From: Eledone cirrhosa
Taxonomy: Eukaryota
Direction: 5' to 3'
DNA: 64,000 bases
NCBI GenBank assembly: GCA_964016885.1
Contig: OZ024740.1
Coordinates: 304,482,001-304,546,000 of the forward strand
Part shown: positions 1-11,900 of the stretch, in pieces
How the letters are laid out: every line of letters starts with the position of its first letter
Position numbering within the stretch: the first letter of the stretch is position 1
Position numbers and translations under genes: made by a program
The notes under the pieces: model-generated
Databases searched by the model: none
The model's input: only the letters and a program-made list of their open reading frames with translations
What the model was told of the DNA's origin: nothing

Positions 1-470
1 ACTCTGTAAACTAGTAGTGCTGGTGCCACAATAAAATACATCTAGTCCACTCTGTAAAGTGGTAGTGCTGGTACCATGATGAAATGTATCCATCCAGCCC
101 TCTCTGTAAAGTGGTAGTGCTGATACTGCAATAAAATACATCCAGTCTACAATAAAATGCATCCAGTCCTCTCTAAAGTGGTAGTGCTGGTATCATGATG
201 AAATGTATCCAGCCCCCTCTGTAAAGTGGTAGTGTTGGTACTATGATGAAATGTATCCAGCCCCCTCTGTAAAGTGGTAGTGCTGGTACTATGATGAAAT
301 GTATCCAACCCCCTCTGTAAAGTGGTAGTGCTGGTACTATGATGAAATGTATCCAGCCCCCTCTGTAAAGTGGTAGTGCTGTTGTTGCAACAAAAAGCAT
401 CTAGTCCACCCTTTAATGTGGTAGTTTCAGAGTCACGATAAAATATTCCTTGTACATATTGTAAAGGGAT
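1..470. repeat. 48-bp tandem minisatellite, ~9-10 units visible, truncated by window start; core unit CTCTGTAAAGTGGTAGTGCTGGTACTATGATGAAATGTATCCAGCCCC
   Basis: CTCTGTAAAG-type starts at 2, 50, 102, 169, 217, 265, 313, 361, with degenerate starts at 409 and 457. Spacing is 48 bp, except a 4-bp ATCC duplication near 87-95 and a ~20-bp internal duplication near 129-168. Units between 169 and 360 are nearly identical; flanking units are diverged. Confidence 0.95.
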
Positions 471-503
471 TGGCATTAGGAAGGACATCCAGCTGTAGAA
501 CCC
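457..503 (+). mobile_element. SINE/RTE-related element core fragment, copy A (TGTAAAGGGATTGGCATTAGGAAGGACATCCAGCTGTAGAACC)
   Basis: Resembles, from recollection only, the GTAAAGTGGTTGGCRTTAGGAAGGGCATCCAGCTGTAGAAAC segment of abundant Octopus SINE/RTE-related repeats. A diverged second copy is directly visible at 792-823. No database search was run. Confidence 0.55.
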
Positions 504-551
504 AAGCCCCCAAATGGATCATACGAGCCAGTCACAGAGAAAAACAGTTGG

Positions 552-577
552 CATACATATGTTTATGTATATGTGTG
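552..577. repeat. short degenerate purine-pyrimidine (TA/TG/CA) low-complexity tract
   Basis: CATACATATGTTTATGTATATGTGTG. Confidence 0.5.
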
Positions 578-721
578 AAATAATCACCCCAGATATTTAA
601 GCATCTTATTTATGTAGAATTTGAATTTTTCGGGGTAACATATTCCTCAGCTTATATTTGAGTATATATAGTGATTGGAATAGAGTATATTTCGTTAGAA
701 ATATGGTCAAGAAAGGGTTAA
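578..721. mobile_element. possible non-autonomous piggyBac-like DNA transposon remnant (one end only)
   Basis: AT-rich segment ending GGTCAAGAAAGGG|TTAA (AGGG 714-717, TTAA 718-721), which matches the piggyBac terminus plus TTAA target convention. No partner TTAACCCT end is visible in the window, and the left boundary is a guess. Confidence 0.35.
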
Positions 722-790
722 CATGCTATACTACATATTCCCCATTTCCTCATGACTGGACATATGTGTTTGACACCTTACTTCACAATT

Positions 791-842
791 GAGTGATTAG
801 CAGTAGGAAGAAGGTTTAGCTGTGAAAAACCATTGCTCCTGC
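791..842 (+). mobile_element. diverged SINE/RTE-related element core fragment, copy B, directly preceding the 55-bp satellite
   Basis: 792-823 (AGTGATTAGCAGTAGGAAGAAGGTTTAGCTGT) aligns without gaps to 465-496 (AGGGATTGGCATTAGGAAGGACATCCAGCTGT) at 24/32 identities, same strand. Confidence 0.45.
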
Positions 843-3800
843 AACTACTACCACTACACCCATCTGTCACTCATTGTTGACCTAAACAGCATCAATAACT
901 ACTACCACTACACCCATCTGTCACTCATTGTTGACCTAAAGAGCATCAATAACTACTACCACTACACCCATCTGTCACTCATTGTTGACCTCAACAGCAT
1001 CAATAACTACTACCACTACACCCATCTGTTCACTCATGGTTGACCTAAACAGCATCAATAACTACTACCACTACACCCATCTGTTCACTCATGGTTGACC
1101 TAAACAGCATCAACAACTACTACCATTACACCCATCTGTCACTCATTGTTGACCTAAACAGCATCAACAACTACTACCACTACACCCATCTGTCACTCAT
1201 TGTTGACCTAAACAGCATCAACAACTACTACCACTACACCCATCTGTCACTCATTGTTGACCTAAACAGCATCAATAACTACTACCACTACACCCATCTG
1301 TTCACTCATTGTTGACCTAAACAGCATCAACAACTACTACCACTACACCCATCTGTCACTCATTGTTGACCTAAACAGCATCAATAACTACTACCACTAC
1401 ACCCATCTGTTCAATCATGGTTGACCTAAATAGCATCAATAACTACTACCACTACACCCATCTGTTCACTCATTGTTGACCTAAACAGCATCAATAACTA
1501 CTACCACTACACACATCTGTCACTCATTGTTGACCTAAACAGCATAAATAACTACTACCACTACACCCATCTGTTCACTCATTGTTGACCTAAACAGCAT
1601 CAATAACTGCTACCACTACACCTATCTGTTCACTCATTGTTGACCTAAACAGCATCAATAACTACTACCACTACACCCATCTGTTCAATCATGGTTGACC
1701 TAAATAGCATCAATAACTACTACCACTGCACCCATCTGCTCACTCATGGTTGACCTAAATAGCATCAATAACTACTACCACTACACCCATCTGTTCACTC
1801 ATTGTTGACCTAAACAGCATCAATAACTACTACCACTACACACATCTGTCACTCATTGTTGACCTGAACAGCATAAATAACTACTACCACTACACCCATC
1901 TGTTCACTCATTGTTGACCTAAACAGCATCAATAACTGCTACCACTACACCTATCTGTTCACTCATTGTTGACCTAAACAGCATCAATAACTACTACCAC
2001 TACACCCATCTGTTCACTCATTGTTGACCTAAACAGTATCAATAACTACTACCTCTACACCCATCTGTTCACTCATGGTTGACCTAAACAGTATCAATAA
2101 CTACTACCACTACACCCATCTGTTCACTCAGCGTCGACCTAAACAGCATCAATAACTACTACCACTACACCCATCTGTTCACTCATGGTTGACCTAAACA
2201 GCATCAACAACTACTACCACTACACCCATCTGTTCACTCATTGTTGACCTAAACAGTATCAATAACTACTACCACTACACCCATCTGTTCACTCATTGTT
2301 GACCTAAACAGTATCAATAACTACTACCACTACACCCATCTGTTCACTCATTGTTGACCTAAACAGCTTCAATAACTACTACCACTACACCCATCTGTTC
2401 ACTCATTGTTGACCTAAACAGCATCAATAACTGCTACCACTACACCCATCTGTTCACTCATTGTTGACCTAAACAGCATCAATAACTACTACCACTACAC
2501 CCATCTGTTCACTCAGCGTTGACCTAAACAGCATCAATAACTACTACCACTACACCCATCAGTCACTCATTGTTGACCTCAACAGCATCAATAACTACTA
2601 CCACTACACCCATCTGTTCAATAATGGTTGACCTAAATAGCATCAATAACTACTACCACTACACCCATCTGTTCACTAATGGTTGACCTAAATAGCATCA
2701 ATAACTACTACCACTACACCCATCTGTTCACTAATGGTTGACCTAAACAGCATCAATAACTACTACCACTACACCCATCTGCTCACTCATGGTTGACCTA
2801 AATAGCATCAATAACTACTACCACTACACCCATCTGTTCACTCATTGTTGACCTAAACAGCATCAATAACTGCTACCACTACACCCATCAGTTCACTCAT
2901 TGTTGACCTAAACAGCTTCAATAACTGCTACCACTACACCCATCTGTTCACTCATTGATGACCTAAACAGCATCAATAACTACTACCACTACACCCATCT
3001 GTTCACTCATTGTTGACCTAAACAGCATCAATAACTGCTACCACTACACCCATCTGTTCACTCATTGTTGACCTAAACAGCATCAATAACTACTACCACT
3101 ACACCCATCTGTTCACTCATTGTTGACCTAAACAGTATCAATAACTACTACCACTACACCCATCTGTTCACTCATTGTTGACCTAAACAGCATCAATAAC
3201 TGCTACCACTACACCCATCTGTTCACTCATTGTTGACCTAAACAGCATCAATAACTACTACCACTACACCCATCTGTTCACTCATTGTTGACCTAAACAG
3301 CATCAATAACTACTACCACTACACCCATCTGTTCACTCAGCGTTGACCTAAACAGCTTCAATAACTACTACCACTACACCCATCTGTTCACTCATTGTTG
3401 ACCTAAATAGCATCAATAACTACTACCACTACACCCATCTGTTGACTCATTGTTGAGCTAAATAGCATCAATAACTACTACCACTACACCCATCAGTTCA
3501 CTCATTGTTGACCTAAACAGCATCAATAACTACTACCACTACACCCATCTGTTCACTCATTGTTGACCTAAACAGCATCAATAACTACTACCACTACACC
3601 CATCTGTTCACTCAGCGTTGACCTAAACAGCATCAATAACTACTACCACTACACCCATCTGTTCACTCATTGTTGACCTAAATAGCATCAATAACTACTA
3701 CCACTACACCCATCTGTTCACTCATTGTTGACCTAAATAGCATCAATAACTACTACCACTACACCCATCTGTTGACTCATTGTTGAGCTAAATAGCATCA

Positions 3801-5999
3801 ATAACTACTACCACTACACCCATCAGTTCACTCATTGTTGACCTAAACAGCATCAATAACTACTACCACTACACCCATCAGTTCACGCATTGTTGACCTA
3901 AACAGCATCAATAACTACTACCACTACACCCATCAGTTCACTCATTGTTGAGCTAAATAGCATCAATAACTACTACCACTACACCCATCAGTTCACTCAT
4001 TGTTGACCTAAACAGCATCAATAACTACTACCACTACACCCATCTGTTGACTCATTGTTGAGCTAAATAGCATCAATAACTGCTACCACTACACCCATCT
4101 GTTCACTCATTGTTGACCTAAACAGTATCAATAACTACTACCACTACATCCATCAGTTCACTCATTGTTGACCTAAACAGCATCAATAACTACTACCACT
4201 ACACCCATCTGTTCACTCATTGTTGACCTAAACAGTATCAATAACTACTACCACTACATCCATCAGTTCACTCATTGTTGACCTAAACAGCATCAATAAC
4301 TACTACCACTACACCCATCTGTTCACTCATTGTTGACCTAAACAGCATAAATAACTACTACCACTACACCCATCTGTTCACTCAGCGTTGACCTAAATAG
4401 CATCAATAACTACTACCACTACACCCATCTGTTCACTCAGCGTTGACCTAAACAGCATCAATAACTGCTACCACTACACCCATCTGTCACTCATTGTTGA
4501 CCTAAACAGCATCAACAACTACTACCACTACACCCATCTGTTCACTCATTGTTCACCTAAACAGCATCAATAACTACTACCACTACACCCATCTGTTCAC
4601 TCATTGTTTACCTAAACAGCATCAATAACTACTACCACTACACCCATCTGTTCACTCATTGTTGACCTAAACAGCATCAATAACTACTACCACTACACCC
4701 ATCTGTTCACTCATTGTTGACCTAAACAGCATCAATAACTACTACCACTACACCCATCTGTTCACTCATTGTTGACCTAAACAGCATCAATAACTACTAC
4801 CACTACACCCATCTGTTCACTCATTGTTGACCTAAACAGCATCAATAACTACTACCACTACACCCATCTGTTCACTCATTGTTGACCTAAACAGCATCAA
4901 TAACTACTACCACTACACCCATCTGTTCACTCAGCGTTGACCTAAACAGCATCAATAACTACTACCACTACACCCATCTGTTCACTCATTGTTGACCTAA
5001 ATAGCATCAATAACTACTACCACTACACCCATCTGTTCACTCATTGTTGACCTAAACAGTATCAATAACTACTACCACTACATCCATCAGTTCAATCATT
5101 GTTGACCTAAACAGCATCAATAACTACTACCACTACACCCATCTGTCACTCATGGTTGACCTAAACAGCATCAACAACTACTACCACTACACCCATCTGT
5201 TCACTCATTGTTGACCTAAACAGCATCAATAACTACTACCACTACACCCATCTGTTCACTCATTGTTGACCTAAACAGTATCAATAACTACTACCACTAC
5301 ACCCATCTGTTCACTCATTGTTGACCTAAACAGTATCAATAACTGCTACCACTACACCCATCTGTTCACTCAGCGTTGACCTAAACAGTATCAATAACTA
5401 TTACCACTACACCCATCTGTTCACTCATTGATGACATAAACAGCATCAATAACTACTACCACTACACCCATCTGTTCACTCATTGTTGACCTAAACAGCA
5501 TCAATAACTACTACCACTACACCCATCTGTTCATTCATTGTTGACCTAAACAACATCAATAACTGCTACCACTACACCCATCTGTTCACTCATTGTTGAC
5601 CTAAACAGCATCAATAACTACTACCACTACACCCATCTGTTCATTCATTGTTGACCTAAACAACATCAATAACTGCTACCACTACACCCATCTGTTCACT
5701 CATTGATGACCTAAACAGCATCAATAACTACTACCACTACACCCATCTGTTCACTCATTGTTGACCTAAACAGCATCAATAACTACTACCACTACACCCA
5801 TCTGTTCACTCATTGTTGACCTAAACAGCATCAATAACTGCTACCACTACACCCATCTGTTCACTCATTGTTGACCTAAACAGCATCAATAACTACTACC
5901 ACTAAACCCATCTGTTCACTCATTGTTGACCTAAACAGTATCAATAACTACTACCACTACACCCATCTGTTCACTCATTGTTGACCTAAACAGCATCAA

Positions 6000-8900
6000 T
6001 AACTACTACCACTACACCCATCTGTTCACTCATTGTTGACCTAAACAGCATCAATAACTACTACCACTACACCCATCTGTTCACTCATTGTTGACCTAAA
6101 CAGCATCAATAACTGCTACCACCACACCCATCTGTTCACTCATTGTTGACCTAAACAGTATCAATAACTATTACCACTACACCCATCTGTTCACTCATTG
6201 ATGACCTAAACAGCATCAATAACTACTACCACTACACCCATCTGTTCACTCAGCGTTGACCTAAACAGTATCAATAACTATTACCACTACACCCATCTGT
6301 TCACTCATTGTTGACCTAAACAGCATCAATAACTACTACCACTACACCCATCTGTTCACTCATTGTTGACCTAAACAACATCAATAACTGCTACCACTAC
6401 ACCCATCTGTTCACTCATTGATGACCTAAACAGCATCAATAACTACTACCACTACACCCATCTGTTCACTCATTGTTGACCTAAACAGCATCAATAACTA
6501 CTACCACTACACCCATCTGTCACTCAATGTTGACCTAAACAGCATCAATAACTACTACCACTACACCCATCTGTTCACTCATTGTTGACCTAAACAGCAT
6601 CAATAACTGCTACCACTACACCCATCTGTTCACTCATTGTTGACCTAAACAGCATCAATAACTACTACCACTACACCCATCTGTTGACTCATTGTTGAGC
6701 TAAACAGCATCAATAACTACTACCACTACACCCGTCTGTCACTCATTGTTGACCTAAACAGCATCAATAACTACTACCACTACACCCATCTGTTCACTCA
6801 TTGTTGACCTAAACAGTATCAATAACTGCTACCACTACACCCATCTGTTCACTCATTGTTGACCTAAACAGCATCAATAACTACTACCACTACACCCATC
6901 TGTTCACTCATTGTTGACCTAAACAGCATAAATAACTACTACCACTACACCCATCTGTTCACTCAGCGTTGACCTAAACAGCATCAATAACTACTACCAC
7001 TACACCCATCTGTTCACTCAGCGTTGACCTAAACAGCATCAATAACTGCTACCACTACACCCATCTGTCACTCATTGTTTACCTAAACAGCATCAATAAC
7101 TACTACCACTACACCCATCTGTTCACTCATGGTTGACCTAAACAGCATCAATAACTACTACCACTACACCCATCTGTTCACTCATTGTTGACCTAAACAG
7201 CATCAATAACTACTACCACTACACCCATCTGTTCACTCATTGTTAACCTAAACAGCATCAATAACTACTACCACTACACCCATCTGTTCACTCATTGTTG
7301 ACCTAAACAGCATCAATAACTACTACCACTACACCCATCTGTTCACTCATTGTTAACCTAAACAGCTTCAATAACTACTACCACTACACCCATCTGTTCA
7401 CTCATTGTTGACCTAAACAGCATCAATAACTACTACCACTACACCCATCTGTCACTTATTGTTGACCTAAACAGCATCAATAACTACTACCACTACACCC
7501 ATCTGTTCACTCATTGTTGACCTAAACAGCATCAATAACTACTACCACTACACCTATCTGTTCACTCAGCGTTGACCTAAACAGCATCAATAACTACTAC
7601 CACTACACCCATCTGTTCACTCATTGTTGACCTAAATAGCATCAATAACTACTACCACTACACCCATCTGTTCACTCATTGTTGACCTAAATAGCATCAA
7701 TAACTACTACCACTACACCCATCTGTTCACTCATTGTTGACCTAAATAGCATCAATAACTACTACCACTACACCCATCTGTTCACTCATTGTTGACCTAA
7801 ATAGCATTTAATAACTACTACCACTACACCCTTCTGTTGACTCATTGTTGAGCTAAATAGCATCAATAACTACTACCACTACACCCATCTGTTCACTCAT
7901 TGTTGACCTAAACAGCATCAATAACTACTACCACTACATCCATCAGTTCACTCATTGTTGACCTAAACAGCATCAATAACTACTACCACTACACCCATCT
8001 GTTCACTCATTGTTGACCTAAACAGCATCAATAACTACTACCACTACACCCATCTGTTCACTCAGCGTTGACCTAAACAGCATCAATAACTACTACCACT
8101 ACACCCATCTGTTCACTCAGCGTTGACCTAAACAGCATCAATAACTACTACCACTACACCCATCTGTTCACTCAGCGTTGACCTAAACAGCATCAATAAC
8201 TACTACCACTACACCCATCTGTTCACTCAGCGTTGACCTAAACAGCATCAATAACTACTACCACTACACCCATCTGTTCACTCAGCGTTCACCTAAACAG
8301 CATCAATAACTACTACCACTACACCCATCTGTTCACTCATTGTTTACCTAAACAGCATCAATAACTACTACCACTACACCCATCTGTTCACTCATGGTTG
8401 ACCTAAACAGCATCAATAACTACTACCACTACACCCATCTGTTCACTCATTGTTGACCTAAACAGCATCAATAACTACTACCACTACACCCATCTGTTCA
8501 CTCATTGTTGACCTAAACAGCATCAATAACTACTACAACTACACCCATCTGTTCACTCATTGTTGACCTAAACAGCATCAATAACTACTACCACTACACC
8601 CATCTGTTCACTCATTGTTGACCTAAACAGCATCAATAACTACTACCACTACACCCATCTGTTCACTCAGCGTTGACCTAAACAGCATCAATAACTACTA
8701 CCACTACACCCATCTGTTCACTCATTGTTGACCTAAACAGCATCAATAACTACTACAACTACACCCATCTGTTCACTCATTGTTGACCTAAACAGCATCA
8801 ATAACTACTACCACTACACCCATCTGTTCACTCATTGTTGACCTAAACAGCATCAATAACTACTACCACTACACCCATCTGTTCACTCATTGTTGACCTA

Positions 8901-11900
8901 AATAGCATCAATAACTACTACCACTACACCCATCTGTTGACTCATTGTTGAGCTAAATAGCATCAATAACTACTACCACTACACCCATCTGTTCACTCAT
9001 TGTTGACCTAAACAGTATCAATAACTACTACCACTACATCCATCAGTTCAATCATTGTTGACCTAAACAGCATCAATAACTACTACCACTACACCCATCT
9101 GTTCACTCATTGTTGACCTAAACAGCATCAATAACTACTACGACTACACCCATCTGTTCACTCAGCGTTGACCTAAACAGCATCAATAACTACTACCACT
9201 ACACCCATCTGTTCACACAGCGTTGACCTAAACAGCATCAATAACTACTACCACTACACCCATCTGTTCACTCATTGTTGACCTAAACAGTATCAATAAC
9301 TACTACCACTACATCCATCAGTTCACTCATTGTTGACCTAAACAGCATCAATAACTACTACCACTACACCCATCTGTTCACTCATTGTTGACCTAAACAG
9401 CATCAATAACTACTACCACTACACCCATCTGTTCACTCATTGTTGACCTAAACAGCATCAATAACTGCTACCACTACACCCATCTGTTCACTCATTGTTG
9501 ACCTAAACAGCATCAATAACTACTACCACTACACCCATCTGTTCACTCATTGTTGACCTAAACAGCATCAATAACTACTACCACTACACCCATCTGTTCA
9601 CTCATTGTTGACCTAAACAGCATCAATAACTACTACCACTACACCCATCTGTTCACTCATTGTTGACCTAAACAGCATCAATAACTGCTACCACCACACC
9701 CATCTGTTCACTCATTGTTGACCTAAACAGTATCAATAACTATTACCACTACACCCATCTGTTCACTCATTGATGACCTAAACAGCATCAATAACTACTA
9801 CCACTACACCCATCTGTTCACTCAGCGTTGACCTAAACAGTATCAATAACTATTACCACTACACCCATCTGTTCACTCATTGTTGACCTAAACAGCATCA
9901 ATAACTACTACCACTACACCCATCTGTTCACTCATTGTTGACCTAAACAACATCAATAACTGCTACCACTACACCCATCTGTTCACTCATTGATGACCTA
10001 AACAGCATCAATAACTACTACCACTACACCCATCTGTTCACTCATTGTTGACCTAAACAGCATCAATAACTACTACCACTACACCCATCTGTTCACTCAA
10101 TGTTGACCTAAACAGCATCAATAACTACTACCACTACACCCATCTGTTCACTCATTGTTGACCTAAACAGCATCAATAACTGCTACCACTACACCCATCT
10201 GTTCACTCATTGTTGACCTAAACAGCATCAATAACTACTACCACTACACCCATCTGTTGACTCATTGTTGAGCTAAACAGCATCAATAACTACTACCACT
10301 ACACCCGTCTGTCACTCATTGTTGACCTAAACAGCATCAATAACTACTACCACTACACCCATCTGTTCACTCATTGTTGACCTAAACAGCATCAATAACT
10401 ACTACCACTACACCCGTCTGTCACTCATTGTTGACCTAAACAGCATCAATAACTACTACCACTACACCCATCTGTTCACTCATTGTTGACCTAAACAGCA
10501 TCAATAACTACTACCACTACACCCGTCTGTCACTCATTGTTGACCTAAACAGCATCAACAACTACTACCACTACACCCATCTGTTCACTCATTGTTGACC
10601 TAAACAGCATAAATAACTACTACCACTACACCCATCTGTTCACTCAGCGTTGACCTAAACAGCATCAATAACTACTACCACTACACCCATCTGTTCACTC
10701 AGCGTTGACCTAAACAGCATCAATAACTGCTACCACTACACCCATCTGTCACTCATTGTTTACCTAAACAGCATCAATAACTACTACCACTACACCCATC
10801 TGTTCACTCATGGTTGACCTAAACAGCATCAATAACTACTACCACTACACCCATCTGTTCACTCATTGTTGACCTAAACAGCATCAATAACTACTACCAC
10901 TACACCCATCTGTTCACTCATTGTTAACCTAAACAGCATCAATAACTACTACCACTACACCCATCTGTTCACTCATTGTTGACCTAAACAGCATCAATAA
11001 CTACTACCACTACACCCATCTGTTCACTCATTGTTAACCTAAACAGCTTCAATAACTACTACCACTACACCCATCTGTTCACTCATTGTTGACCTAAACA
11101 GCATCAATAACTACTACCACTACACCCATCTGTCACTTATTGTTGACCTAAACAGCATCAATAACTACTACCACTACACCCATCTGTTCACTCATTGTTG
11201 ACCTAAACAGCATCAATAACTACTACCACTACACCTATCTGTTCACTCAGCGTTGACCTAAACAGCATCAATAACTACTACCACTACACCCATCTGTTCA
11301 CTCATTGTTGACCTAAATAGCATCAATAACTACTACCACTACACCCATCTGTTCACTCATTGTTGACCTAAATAGCATCAATAACTACTACCACTACACC
11401 CATCTGTTCACTCATTGTTGACCTAAATAGCATCAATAACTACTACCACTACACCCATCTGTTCACTCATTGTTGACCTAAATAGCATTTAATAACTACT
11501 ACCACTACACCCATCTGTTGACTCATTGTTGAGCTAAATAGCATCAATAACTACTACCACTACACCCATCTGTTCACTCATTGTTGACCTAAACAGCATC
11601 AATAACTACTACCACTACATCCATCAGTTCACTCATTGTTGACCTAAACAGCATCAATAACTACTACCACTACACCCATCTGTTCACTCATTGTTGACCT
11701 AAACAGCATCAATAACTACTACCACTACACCCATCTGTTCACTCAGCGTTGACCTAAACAGCATCAATAACTACTACCACTACACCCATCTGTTCACTCA
11801 GCGTTGACCTAAACAGCATCAATAACTACTACCACTACACCCATCTGTTCACTCAGCGTTGACCTAAACAGCATCAATAACTGCTACCACTACACCCATC

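Noticed and set aside
147-488. Minus-strand ORFs of 113 aa and 75 aa with 16-aa repeats (TTTLQRGLDTFHHSTS; PALPLYRGGWIHFIIV)
   Set aside because: They follow from a 48-bp unit divisible by 3. Two overlapping frames are open, adjacent units carry a frameshifting 4-bp insertion, and no protein family is recognisable.
822-1315. Plus-strand ORFs of 73 and 74 aa with NNYYHYTHLSLIVDLNSI repeats
   Set aside because: Open only across runs of 54-bp units and terminated by the first 55-bp unit. The dominant 55-bp form cycles frames into TGA/TAA stops.
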